Shown: positions 7,786 to 16,452, counted from the first letter of the stretch. The stretch is 64,000 nucleotides of DNA from a virus (IMGVR_UViG_3300037471_001733:22201-86200); one strand, 5' to 3'. The notes: generated from the sequence alone by a model not told the origin. Made by a program: numbers and translations.

Positions 7786-9033
7786 TCAGGACGCGGAAAT
7801 TTTGAGCTTCTTCATCGCGTCGCTCTGACGCACGCCGCCACCGACGCGCTTGCGGGCGCGGTACACCACGAGGCCGTTGTCGGCTTCGGTGATGTAATCG
7901 GCCTGGAAGCCCAGGCCGATGCGATCAACGATGGTGTATGCGCGCTTGAAGTCACCCCACAGCACCGGGTAGGCGCTGGCCGCGATGTCCGGAAGGTCAG
8001 GGAACTCAACGTACGGAGCGCCCAAGATCGTGTTCGCCACGGCGTTGGCGAAGCCAGGGGTCCAGAGGTAGTTGCCTTGGCCGTCCTTAAGCTTGCGGAT
8101 GTCACGGATGGTCTTGCGGTTCAGCGCGAACATCGCGTTGGCAGCGTAGGCCGTCTTCAGCTCGAACTGCAGGTTGATCAGGCCGTCAGACGTGATCTTG
8201 GTAGCGTCGCCGCTGACCACCTCACCGATGCCAGAGGCCACCAGCAGGCCCTCCATTTGCTGAGCGGCGGAGCCAACGCCGTTGATGGACTCGGCGCCTT
8301 CCTTCACGGCCATCTGCTCGGCGACTTCCATGCGCAGCTCGCCAAGGAGGTCGTAGTCCGAATCCTCCAACATCTGTTGCGACACGCGGTTGCGCGCGAA
8401 CATTTCCGGGGCCGTGATCTCGCCCATCCCATACTTGGGATCGGTCGTGTCCGTACGGGTCTCGATTTCACCGACGCGCTTGGCGCTGCCGGTGCCGACA
8501 CGCTTGGGCCACTTGTACGAGTGGCCGCCGATAATGCGCACGGTGGCGAGTCGACGGATGGGCGACTGCTCCACGATGTCCTTGAGGATCGCGCGCTCCA
8601 GATCCGGCGGGGCAAGCAGGTAGCCGGCGGACTGGTCGTCGCCCTTCACCAGAGACGCCATGTGCGTCTTGATGACCTGCATGTCCTCCAGCGAGCGGGC
8701 CTCATGGCGGGTGCGCATCACGCGGTTGAACGCGGCTTGCAGCTTGGCGTTCTCGGCGGCGGAGTCGGCAGCGGTGGAGCCGGGGCGCTGCAGCATGGTC
8801 TGGACTTGATCCAGTTGCTCCTGCATGGCCTTCGCAGCATTCTGCTGGGCCAGCAGTTGCTGGTTCATGTTCTCGTAGCGATCCAGCGTATCGCTGATCG
8901 CCTCGACCTTGGCAGTCAGGTCGCCAACGGCCTTGCCGTCAGCCTTGGCCGAGATGAGCTTGTCGTTGTGCTCACGCAGTTGCGTGACGGCTTCCATTAC
9001 TTCCTGGATGCCATCATTGGTGATGTTGGGCAT
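7786..9033 (-). CDS. major capsid protein, HK97 family (with N-terminal delta/scaffold-like coiled coil)
   Basis: 415 aa. N-terminal coiled coil then GGYLLAPPDLERAILKDIVEQSPIRRLATV... typical HK97-fold MCP; position after ClpP-like protease. Confidence 0.9.
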   Translation of the reverse strand: MPNITNDGIQEVMEAVTQLREHNDKLISAKADGKAVGDLTAKVEAISDTLDRYENMNQQLLAQQNAAKAMQEQLDQVQTMLQRPGSTAADSAAENAKLQAAFNRVMRTRHEARSLEDMQVIKTHMASLVKGDDQSAGYLLAPPDLERAILKDIVEQSPIRRLATVRIIGGHSYKWPKRVGTGSAKRVGEIETRTDTTDPKYGMGEITAPEMFARNRVSQQMLEDSDYDLLGELRMEVAEQMAVKEGAESINGVGSAAQQMEGLLVASGIGEVVSGDATKITSDGLINLQFELKTAYAANAMFALNRKTIRDIRKLKDGQGNYLWTPGFANAVANTILGAPYVEFPDLPDIAASAYPVLWGDFKRAYTIVDRIGLGFQADYITEADNGLVVYRARKRVGGGVRQSDAMKKLKISAS

Positions 9034-9050
9034 TTGGATTCCTACAGACG

Positions 9051-9078
9051 TAAAAAAGCCCGCTCGGGGCGGGCTTCG
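9051..9078 (-). terminator. rho-independent terminator/attenuator between protease and capsid genes
   Basis: AAGCCCGC(9056-9063)/GCGGGCTT(9069-9076) stem, T6 run on minus strand. Confidence 0.65.
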
Positions 9079-9099
9079 TTGGGCTTGGGGACGGTTTGG

Positions 9100-10182
9100 C
9101 TACTTGCTGATGAGGCTCAGGATGTGGGCCTTCAGGTTCGCCAGCTCGGTTGCGCTTTGCTCGTCACGAGCAGGCGCGGCCGGAGCCGCAGGTGCGGCAG
9201 CGGCGGGTTCCCGAGACTCGTCGCGAGGCCCGGTGTGCAGCGCGGCCTTGGCCAGTGCGATGACGCACTTGGCCTCGGCCGCAGAAAGGCCAACCGCATC
9301 ACGCAGTTGGCGCTCAAGGATGCGGACCTCAGGCGTGCCGTCGTCGTCGCCGGCAGGCACGAGGTCTTGCGGGGTGTTCTTGAAGAAGGGCAGCATGGCC
9401 GAGCGCGCATGCGTCAGCGCGGCCTTCTTCTCCTTCTTCTTGGCCGGCACCATCGTGTCGGCGAATCCTTTGTCCACGGCGTCCTGGCCGCGGAACCACG
9501 TTTCGGCGTCAACCCACGAGGCGATTTCGGCGCGGTCGCCACCGGTGCGCGCGACGTAGATGTCGATGAGGCCGGCTTCCAGCGTGTCCAGCACGTCGGC
9601 TTCCTTGCGCAGGGCCTTGGCGTTGCCGGCGAGAATCGTCCACGGCGCGTGGATCATGAAGTTCGCGCCTTCAGCGATGCGGATCTCGTCGCCGGCCATC
9701 GCAATTACGGAAGCGATGCTGGCGGCAATGCCATCGACGTGCACGATGATCTTGGCCTTGTGCGTGGCCAGCGCGTTGTAGATGCTGACGCCGTCGAACA
9801 CGGACCCGCCTGGCGAGTTGATGTGTACGTGCAGCTCATCAGCATCCAGCGCGGCGAGTTCGCGCACTGTGTCCTCGGCATTAACGCCGCCGTCCCAGTA
9901 GCCGCCGATGTCGCCGTATACAAACAGCTTCGGCGCTTCGCCTTCGTCGGCGGCCAAGCGCAGGTGGCCAGGGCCCAGCGCGCGCGGCGCCAGATTCATT
10001 GCCCGCTCGGGCAGGCCGGCGAGATTGATGACGGGTTTGGTCATTGCGGCCGTCCCTTCCTCATTGCTTTCTTGTTCCTCGCCCAACTCGGAGAGGACTG
10101 CGGCCAGCGACACCTGAGCGTCGCGGATGCGAGATTCGTTGCGGGCGCTCAGCACGCGCCCGGCGTTCAGACGTTGGCCCAT
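9100..10182 (-). CDS. prohead maturation protease, ClpP/S14-like, with C-terminal scaffold-like extension
   Basis: VYGDIGGYWDGGVNAEDT...HINSPGGSVFDGVSIYNAL...VDGIAASIASVIAMAGD ClpP-fold signature; between portal and MCP. Confidence 0.85.
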   Translation of the reverse strand: MGQRLNAGRVLSARNESRIRDAQVSLAAVLSELGEEQESNEEGTAAMTKPVINLAGLPERAMNLAPRALGPGHLRLAADEGEAPKLFVYGDIGGYWDGGVNAEDTVRELAALDADELHVHINSPGGSVFDGVSIYNALATHKAKIIVHVDGIAASIASVIAMAGDEIRIAEGANFMIHAPWTILAGNAKALRKEADVLDTLEAGLIDIYVARTGGDRAEIASWVDAETWFRGQDAVDKGFADTMVPAKKKEKKAALTHARSAMLPFFKNTPQDLVPAGDDDGTPEVRILERQLRDAVGLSAAEAKCVIALAKAALHTGPRDESREPAAAAPAAPAAPARDEQSATELANLKAHILSLISK

Positions 10183-10185
10183 GGG

Positions 10186-11481
10186 CTACCCTTGGTTGCG
10201 CGCTGAAAGCGCTTGACTGGATGCCGCCAAGTCGTTGTTGTCTTGCTGTGCCGGGGCCGCGCCAGCGGGGTTGCTTGGCATGCCTAATTCCGGATCAGAG
10301 GCGTCGCCCATGTTCACGGGCGCGCGGTAGATTTCGCCGCCCTCGTACGGGTTCTGCTCCTCGTAGGCGCGGATCTCGTTCGCGTTGAGCGCGCCCATCT
10401 GCCAGAGGCGGAAGTAGTACTCGGCGCGGTCACGCGCGGCGCCGCGCATCAAGGCATTGGCGTTGAACTTCGCGTAGATACCGTCGTCCAGGTCACGCTC
10501 GCTAAGCAGGTTGCAGTCGATGCTCTGCTCGATGCGTTCGTACCAAGGCGCCAGGCAGTGCACCACGTGCGCCAGGAACATCTGCTCCGCGCTGGCGTAA
10601 GTGGCCGTCTTGTCGCTGTAGCCGACCATCAGTGGCGCGCACCTAAAAATTCTGCACACCTCTTCGATCTGGTGACGTCTCGTTTCGAGATGCTGGCTAT
10701 CAACGCCCGTCATCGACGTCGGCACAAACTTGGCGCCGCGGTCAAGAATCATCGGGCGGAATCTCGCTTCGCCTGTCATGTTCTTCTCGACCCAGTTGCG
10801 CAGAGCAAGGAACTGGTCCGGAAGCAGCTTGTCGTCCACGCTGTAGATGCCAGTGGACTGCGCGCCATTGGCATGCATCAGCGCATGCGCCTCTTCGGTC
10901 GCCATCGCAAGGCCTATGGCCTCGCGAGCCAACTGCAACGGCTTTAGGCCGTCATAGCCGTTCCAACTCAGCCCTTTGACGTGCCAGATCGCCTCAGCCG
11001 GGAAGTCCTGCGACTGCCCAGTGATCTCGCTGCTTACGCGGTACACCGGCCGGCGGAACTGGTCCACATCCACGCACACCTCGTGCGGGAGAAACGGGAT
11101 CAACTCGCGGATCTTGCCGTTGACGACGTTCTTGAACGCCACGAAACGACCGGCCAAGCACACATGCGCGGCCAGCATCTCGCGGAACTCGAAGGACGTC
11201 TGCCAAGGGTTCGGCCGGCGGTACAGCACGCGATACAGCGGGTGGTCCTTCGCCGGATCGCTGCCGCCGTCGTCACGCTCCTTGTAGAGCTTCAAGGGCA
11301 CCTGCGCGATGCCCTCGGCAATCACGCGCACGCACGCCAGGACCGTCGTCACCTGCAGCGCGGTTTCCACCGTGACGTTCTGACCCGAACGCGACGCAGG
11401 AAACCAGCCGCTCCAGAAAGGCTCAGTGAACGCCTGCGCCCGGCGCTGCCGCGGCGCCATCATCTTCGACAGGAAACTCAC
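10186..11481 (-). CDS. portal protein, HK97 family
   Basis: 431 aa; ETALQVTTVLACVRVIAEGIAQVPLKLY and overall pattern of HK97-type portals; between TerL and protease. Confidence 0.9.
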   Translation of the reverse strand: MSFLSKMMAPRQRRAQAFTEPFWSGWFPASRSGQNVTVETALQVTTVLACVRVIAEGIAQVPLKLYKERDDGGSDPAKDHPLYRVLYRRPNPWQTSFEFREMLAAHVCLAGRFVAFKNVVNGKIRELIPFLPHEVCVDVDQFRRPVYRVSSEITGQSQDFPAEAIWHVKGLSWNGYDGLKPLQLAREAIGLAMATEEAHALMHANGAQSTGIYSVDDKLLPDQFLALRNWVEKNMTGEARFRPMILDRGAKFVPTSMTGVDSQHLETRRHQIEEVCRIFRCAPLMVGYSDKTATYASAEQMFLAHVVHCLAPWYERIEQSIDCNLLSERDLDDGIYAKFNANALMRGAARDRAEYYFRLWQMGALNANEIRAYEEQNPYEGGEIYRAPVNMGDASDPELGMPSNPAGAAPAQQDNNDLAASSQALSARNQG

Positions 11482-11756
11482 TCGGCAGCCTTCCCGTCAC
11501 CGGCACGCGCGCGGATGCCCATCAGGCCCAGGCCCAGCGCCAGCAAGCCGCCGACGATGAAGCCAGCCGGCAGGGAGTACAGGCCGGTGCCATAGGCAAC
11601 AGCCCCGGCGCCGCCCAGCGCCAGCATGTCCGGCATCAGAAAGGCCAACAGTTCGCCGCCGGCCGCAATCAGGCCCAGCATGGCGCGGCCAAGGGTCAAC
11701 ATTCGGCGGGCCAGAAATGTCCTGGCACCGGCGATCTTCGTTCGCAGGTTTTTCAC
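11478..11756 (-). CDS. small membrane protein (92 aa)
   Basis: ATGA overlaps at both ends; Gly/Ala/Leu-rich with at least 2 predicted TM helices. Confidence 0.5.
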   Translation of the reverse strand: MKNLRTKIAGARTFLARRMLTLGRAMLGLIAAGGELLAFLMPDMLALGGAGAVAYGTGLYSLPAGFIVGGLLALGLGLMGIRARAGDGKAAE

Positions 11757-13513
11757 GGCGTCAGGACTTCCCAGAATGACTTTCCAGTGGACTCGGTGGT
11801 TCTGGACATCAAGCCCACGGCCATCACAGCCGCCACGATGAGGTCGATGCGGCCCGTGGCCTTTTCCTTGCTGAGCTTGCGGTTCTCGGCGTCATCCATC
11901 ACCGTCACCGCGTTGCTCGCACACCAGTTGAAAACTGGGTGGTCGTTGTGCGCCAACTCGTTGTTGAGCAGCATTCGCTCGAACTCTTCAACGGCTGGCG
12001 AAGCCTCTTTGTAACCTTGCCCGAACGCGACCATGGGCGGTAGGCTGATGCCTTCGTCGTCGGCAAGCGCCAGCAAGTCTTCGATGCGCCAGCGGTCGTA
12101 TGCGACGCCCTGGATCTCGAATGCCTCGGACAGCGCGGACAGCCGCTGCAGCACGTTGCGCTTGCTGATCGCGCGCCCCGGCGTGGTGTCCAAGTGCCCG
12201 GCAGCTTTCCACTGCACGTAGGGCACTCGATCGGTTTCGGCCTTCTTCTGCAGCCCCTCATCAGGCAGCCAGGCGAACGGCACTAGGTGCCACGGCTCGC
12301 CTTCCTCTTGCGGCTCAACCAGCAGCACCAGCCCCGTAAGGTCGGTGGTGGACGACAGGTCCAGCCCGGCCCAGGCTCGCCGGCCGCGCAGGTCTTGCCA
12401 GTTGAAGGTGCGAATCGCACTCTTCCAAACGTCGGCCGACAGCCACGGCGAATCGGCATCCGTCCACTGGCAGAAATTCAGCCGGCGGACGATCGCCTCC
12501 TTAGACGGCATGCCGCGCGCTTCGGTCACCTGCTCGCGCAGGTACTTCATGCCCGGCAGATCGGCGTCCTGCAGCGAAGGGTTGGCCTTCACCCAGCACG
12601 ACTCGTCCGAGAAAGGATCCTCGCCTTCATCTAGGGCGCACACGAAACTGAAGAACGCATCGTCCTCCAGCGTCCCCGCTGCGACCTTTGCGCCGTACTC
12701 GTGGTACGCCCAGCACGGCCCCCGTTTGTCGGAGCCGCTGTTGGTGATCATGAAGATCAGCGCCTGCCGCCGGCTCTTGGTGCCGGCGCGCATCATCTCC
12801 ACGACCGTGTTGGTCTTGTGCTCGTGCAGCTCGTCGATGAGCGCAATGTGCGGCCGCGGGCCGGACTGCCCATCGTCCGAGCTGATCGGGCGGAAGAAGC
12901 TGCCGGCCTGCAGGTAGGCCAGGTTCCACACCCGCTCGCCCGTGCCGCTCTTGGTCAGCCGCTTAGCGAGTTCCGGCGACTGGTCCACCATGGCCACCGC
13001 GTCGCGGAAGAGGATCATGGCCTGATCCTTCTTCGTCGCCGCAGCGTAGACCTCTGCGCGCGCCTCGCTGTCGGCGGTCAGGCCAAGAAGCCCAATGCCC
13101 GCCGAAAGGGGCGACTTCCCGGAGCCCTTGGCCGTCTCGACGTAGGCAACACGGAACCGCCGCCAGCCGTCAGAACCCTTCCAGCCGAACAGACTGCCGA
13201 TGACGAATTTCTGCCACGGCAGAAGCTCGAAGGGCTTTCCCTCAAAGTCGCCGCCGTTGAGCTTCAGGACGTTGCGGTAGTACCGCAGCGCCTTCAGGGC
13301 GGTCTCCAGGTCCCAATTCAGGCCGCGTGCCGGGCCTTTCTCCAGGTCGCGCAGGTGGCGCGCGCATGCCGCGCGCACATGCGGGCCGGCGATGCGTTTG
13401 CCGTCAACGACGGATTGGGCGTACTCGGTGACCGGATCGTCACCAGTCGGGACGTCAGCCGAAGAATTCCTGTAAGTGGTCTTCCTTTTGGTCGTCGTCG
13501 GCGTTTTGGACAT
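11753..13513 (-). CDS. terminase large subunit (Terminase_1 type)
   Basis: 586 aa; Walker-A-like VETAKGSGKS, LIDELHEH Walker-B-like, C-terminal nuclease region; follows TerS. Confidence 0.9.
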   Translation of the reverse strand: MSKTPTTTKRKTTYRNSSADVPTGDDPVTEYAQSVVDGKRIAGPHVRAACARHLRDLEKGPARGLNWDLETALKALRYYRNVLKLNGGDFEGKPFELLPWQKFVIGSLFGWKGSDGWRRFRVAYVETAKGSGKSPLSAGIGLLGLTADSEARAEVYAAATKKDQAMILFRDAVAMVDQSPELAKRLTKSGTGERVWNLAYLQAGSFFRPISSDDGQSGPRPHIALIDELHEHKTNTVVEMMRAGTKSRRQALIFMITNSGSDKRGPCWAYHEYGAKVAAGTLEDDAFFSFVCALDEGEDPFSDESCWVKANPSLQDADLPGMKYLREQVTEARGMPSKEAIVRRLNFCQWTDADSPWLSADVWKSAIRTFNWQDLRGRRAWAGLDLSSTTDLTGLVLLVEPQEEGEPWHLVPFAWLPDEGLQKKAETDRVPYVQWKAAGHLDTTPGRAISKRNVLQRLSALSEAFEIQGVAYDRWRIEDLLALADDEGISLPPMVAFGQGYKEASPAVEEFERMLLNNELAHNDHPVFNWCASNAVTVMDDAENRKLSKEKATGRIDLIVAAVMAVGLMSRTTESTGKSFWEVLTP

Positions 13514-13928
13514 GAACCTTGGACCTCGCGGCCGGCGTCAGCCCGAACTCGACCAGCCACGCCTTGAAGCGCCGGTCGGCATCGGCCAGCATGGCCACCG
13601 CCGGGTTCGCTTTGATGCTGCGGTCGCCCTGCGTGTTCGTTGTTTCGTAGGTAGGGCCGTCCTGGTTCACCAGTTCCTGATACCGCAGGATCTCGGCGTA
13701 CACGGCGCAGCCTCTCTCAAGGGCGTAGGCATCGGCCTCGGTTAGCACGCCCATCCGATCCAGCAGCACAGACATGCGGCCCCAGGCAACCTTGGCCTCG
13801 TCGGACAAGTGGCTGGGGCAACTAGGTATCTCGCGGCGTGGTTTGGGCTCGCTCTTGTTGAGCGCGCGCCTTCCCGGGTTGCCTGTAACTATTTTTAAGT
13901 GGCTCGGTTTTGGCCTGCGCCCCGCCAT
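13455..13928 (-). CDS. terminase small subunit, P27 family
   Basis: MAGRRPKPSHLKIVTGNPGRRALNKSEP...CPSHLSDEAKVAW matches P27-family TerS pattern. ATG 13928 chosen (AAGGA RBS, 4 nt after HNH stop); alternative ATG 13955. Confidence 0.8.
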   Translation of the reverse strand: MAGRRPKPSHLKIVTGNPGRRALNKSEPKPRREIPSCPSHLSDEAKVAWGRMSVLLDRMGVLTEADAYALERGCAVYAEILRYQELVNQDGPTYETTNTQGDRSIKANPAVAMLADADRRFKAWLVEFGLTPAARSKVHVQNADDDQKEDHLQEFFG

Positions 13929-13932
13929 ATCT

Positions 13933-14214
13933 CTATTCCTTGACTGGCCAGCCATCCACCCCGATCACCGGCCGAACTCGATGACCTAGATCTCGCGCCG
14001 TTTTGTCACGGTGACAGGGGGTACATAGCCCCTGAGCCTGGCCCGGGTCTTCGTGGAAGTCCTTGCCGCCGTTGACTAGCGCGACTTTGTGGTCCAACTG
14101 AGTTGCGGCAGCAAGTCGGCCATGGCGTGAGCACTCAGCACAAAGCGGGTTCAGCCGCAAGTAGTAGTCGCGGAACCGCTGCAGCGGGCGGCCACGCAAG
14201 CGATCAGTGGCCAT
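13933..14214 (-). CDS. HNH endonuclease (terminase-associated, HK97 gp74-like position)
   Basis: 93 aa; CAECSRHGR...LDHKVALVNGG...CTPCHRDKT HNH motif; immediately upstream of TerS. Confidence 0.85.
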   Translation of the reverse strand: MATDRLRGRPLQRFRDYYLRLNPLCAECSRHGRLAAATQLDHKVALVNGGKDFHEDPGQAQGLCTPCHRDKTARDLGHRVRPVIGVDGWPVKE

Positions 14215-14223
14215 GCGCGCCTC

Positions 14224-14263
14224 GGGAAAGAAAAGGCCCGCCTGCCGGAGAGCCGGGGCGAGC
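14224..14263 (-). terminator. rho-independent terminator downstream of the tRNA-like gene
   Basis: Extended imperfect hairpin centred on CCGG-AGAG-CCGG (14245-14256) followed on minus strand by CCTTTTCTTTCCC. Confidence 0.55.
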
Positions 14264-14272
14264 AGAAACCTG

Positions 14273-14359
14273 TGGCGCGGACGGCTGGGCTCGAACCAGC
14301 GACCTGCAGCGCTGGTCTTTGCGAACCCGCTGCTTCTCTACCGGCTGAGATACGCCCGC
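14273..14359 (-). tRNA. tRNA-like gene (87 nt) with non-canonical 28-nt anticodon arm; anticodon not assignable; possible pseudo-tRNA
   Basis: Hand fold: acceptor GCGGGCG/CGTCCGC + G + CCA, D arm TCTC-AGCCGGTA-GAGA, T arm GCTGG-TTCGAGC-CCAGC. The anticodon region GCAGCGGGTTCGCAAAGACCAGCGCTGC is 11 nt too long. Confidence 0.55.
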
Positions 14360-14363
14360 GTCG

Positions 14364-14394
14364 GAAACGAAAAAGCCCGCGCGAGGCGGGCTTT
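14364..14394 (-). terminator. rho-independent terminator after the zinc-ribbon/HNH gene
   Basis: AAGCCCGC(14373-14380)/GCGGGCTT(14386-14393), then TTTTTCGTTT on minus strand, ending 5 nt before the tRNA-like 5' end. Confidence 0.65.
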
Positions 14395-14552
14395 GAGAAA
14401 TCTGCAGAGACACCTATCCCACGGACCTGTCGGAATTGGGATAGATTCACCGGGAGGCCGTAAGCGTAGCCGGCGTGGGCCAATTGTACGGCTTGTTGTC
14501 TTGCACACGCAACAGGGGCTGTCAAGGGCTCGCGAGCGACGCCCACATATCT

Positions 14553-15449
14553 CTATAACCCCAACTGCAGTTGACCAAGAGACTTGCTTCCCTTGGACCG
14601 GTTGCACCCAAAGCACTCGCACTGCGTGTTGCTATAGCTGTGTGGACCTCCATCGCGCAGGCTGACAACGTGACCAAGCTCCGGTGCGCCCTCAATCCTC
14701 TTGCCCATCTTCGACCTCGGCGTCTTAATGCCGCAAATCTTGCAGCGCCAGCCGTCGCGCTCAAAGACAGACAGCTTGTCCACCTTCTCGTACTCGCAGC
14801 CGAACTTTCTGGCGCGACGCCGATGCGTGGTGCCGCTAGTGGCTCTGTAACGGTAGCTCAGCTGACAGGCTATCGAGCAGTACTTTTGGCGCAGGTCGCC
14901 ATAGTCCGGCGTGAACGCAACTTCGCAGAAGCCGCACTTGCGAGGCGACCGGTCGCGGCTACGCTCTTGCTTCTTCCGATTGTAAACCTTGCTCCTGCAT
15001 TTGCTGCTACAGAAGTTCGCATCCGGCATCTTGGCCATGAAGTCGCGCCCGCAGGACGGGCTGGCGCAGACCCTGGCATAGCGCAGCTTATTCTGGCCGC
15101 GCTCCTTTTTCTCCGGCGCTGGAACGCACTCATAGCAGAACTTGCGCGGCTTGCCGTTCTTAAATAGTGGCTTTGGGTGGCGGCAGCCGTTTTCATTCCG
15201 GGTCCTGCACTCGTCGGAGCAATGACTGCGGCGCAGCTTCGTCGGCTTGAAGGGCATTCCACAGTAGGCGCATAACCGCGGCGGTTTCGGAGGCACGGGC
15301 GGATTCTTCCGTGGTCGTCCAGCGCCAGGACGGCGGCCGCCAGAGTTTGGACGCGGGCCACCGCGCTTTGAACGCGACGCCTCGACCAGTGCGCATAGCG
15401 CGCCTTTGCAGCCGCCAACAGACAGCCGCCTATACTCGCCTTCAACCAT
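14553..15449 (-). CDS. multi-zinc-ribbon protein with C-terminal HNH endonuclease domain (298 aa)
   Basis: Four CxxC...(F/Y)CSxxC repeats, Lys/Arg-rich, then WRCKICG...ELGHVVSLRDGGPHSYSNTQCECFGCNRSKG HNH motif. Confidence 0.75.
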   Translation of the reverse strand: MVEGEYRRLSVGGCKGALCALVEASRSKRGGPRPNSGGRRPGAGRPRKNPPVPPKPPRLCAYCGMPFKPTKLRRSHCSDECRTRNENGCRHPKPLFKNGKPRKFCYECVPAPEKKERGQNKLRYARVCASPSCGRDFMAKMPDANFCSSKCRSKVYNRKKQERSRDRSPRKCGFCEVAFTPDYGDLRQKYCSIACQLSYRYRATSGTTHRRRARKFGCEYEKVDKLSVFERDGWRCKICGIKTPRSKMGKRIEGAPELGHVVSLRDGGPHSYSNTQCECFGCNRSKGSKSLGQLQLGL

Positions 15450-15649
15450 GCTGACTTCCTATACAAGTTGGTATGGCCAGAGACCCGGTCGTGTTGCAAG
15501 CGCGACTGGGTTTCGCCATTTTGGCCTAGAACCAACAAATCTGCTGGACAAAACCACAGTTCCCAGGGCGCCAAGAATTTCCTCTCAAAACGCGCCTCTG
15601 AACAGCAAGGTCAACCGATGGTTTACAAGCCGAGGGCTGGGAAGAACTG

Positions 15650-16200
15650 ATTGGGGTATTGGGGGGTGCGCCTCGACTCTCCCCACGCCCAGCCGCGCCA
15701 GCTGTCAGCGCACGAGCTGCCGCTCAGCACGAGCTGCGCCGCTCGATCCCTGCTGGTGCTGGTGCTGCGCGTTGTCACGAGGGGTGCGGCGCCGCCTGGC
15801 TGTCGAGTGCCTGCGGTTATGTGGCGAGGGTCTGCCGCTGCGCCAGTGCACCCGGGCCGCTGCGCGGCCGTGCTCCTGGTGGTGGCGTGCTGGAGCTCCG
15901 ACCGATCGGCGCAGGCAAGCGCCATGGTGCGAACGGTGCACGAGGGAATGCGGCGCAGTGCTGGTGCCTGCGGCTTAGTGGAGTGCTGCGGCTTTGTGGA
16001 GTGGCGCAACTAGTGGAGTGCGCCGTGCTGCAGGGCATGGCGCCATGGACAGGGGTGCAGCGCTGCTGCGCCGCTGGTGCTGTCTCACCCGTGCCGATCG
16101 GCTTCCGCTGCAGGGGCGCTGGTGCTGGAATGCAGGCACCAAAGCAAAAGGGCCGCACGAGGCGGCCCATGGCGTGGAGTGCTTTGGTCTAGGTGCTGGC
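15650..16200 (+). repeat. non-coding, strand-asymmetric GTGC(T/G)G-rich array (array L)
   Basis: About 20 GTGC vs about 5 GCAC by hand count; local tandem units (GCACGAGCTGC x2 at 15709-15745; T(A/T)GTGGAGTG x3 at 15976-16022); no credible ORF. Confidence 0.6.
16141..16169 (-). terminator. rho-independent terminator ending the leftward small-gene operon
   Basis: GGGCCGC(16150-16156)/GCGGCCC(16162-16168), then CTTTTGCTTT on minus strand, 20 nt after stop at 16189. Confidence 0.7.
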
Positions 16201-16440
16201 GGCTTTCCGCTCCCGTCCTATACGGATGGCATGGGCAAGCGCGGCCATCTCCCGACCGTTGTCGTAAGGGCCGCGCGCCACCGGCTTTTTGCTGATGCCT
16301 GCGGCTGGCAGCAGGCCAACGAAGCCGGCTTCGTCCACGAAGTCTAGATATGTCATGGCGCCGATGGTCTTGACTGCGATGACACAAGCAACGCTGCCGC
16401 CGCCGATGGTGGGGCGCATGAAAAGGTCCCCGGCTTGCAT
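16189..16440 (-). CDS. hypothetical protein (83 aa)
   Basis: ORF, last gene of leftward operon; no motif recognised. Confidence 0.5.
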   Translation of the reverse strand: MQAGDLFMRPTIGGGSVACVIAVKTIGAMTYLDFVDEAGFVGLLPAAGISKKPVARGPYDNGREMAALAHAIRIGRERKAAST

Positions 16441-16452
16441 GGCGTCCCCTCC

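Noticed and set aside
7771-10206. 811-aa ORF on the plus strand, the longest ORF in the window
   Set aside because: Entirely antisense to the well-supported major capsid and protease genes. Its Arg/Gly/Ala/Val/His-rich composition is typical of spurious open frames in high-GC DNA, and it has no RBS context.
14273-14359. tRNA-like gene interpreted as a prophage attachment-site boundary (two tandem elements)
   Set aside because: Phage genes (HNH-terminase on one side, HNH/zinc-ribbon gene on the other) flank it, no integrase is adjacent, and the anticodon arm is aberrant. An internal phage-borne tRNA-like element near cos fits better, though an attP fragment cannot be excluded without host sequence.
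15651-16192. 120-aa and 177-aa plus-strand ORFs in the GTGC-rich region
   Set aside because: Arg/Ala/Cys/Gly-rich low-complexity translations with no RBS. The related array at 18.4-18.66 kb reads the shared DNA words in a different frame, so the conservation is at DNA level, not protein level.
15650-16200. GTGCTG/GCTGGTGC arrays as functional Chi clusters protecting the cos end from RecBCD
   Set aside because: If cos lies near 14.3-14.5 kb, an enzyme entering that end would need the Chi sequence on the minus strand, and the motifs are on the plus strand. The host Chi sequence is also unknown. Kept only as one of several hypotheses.
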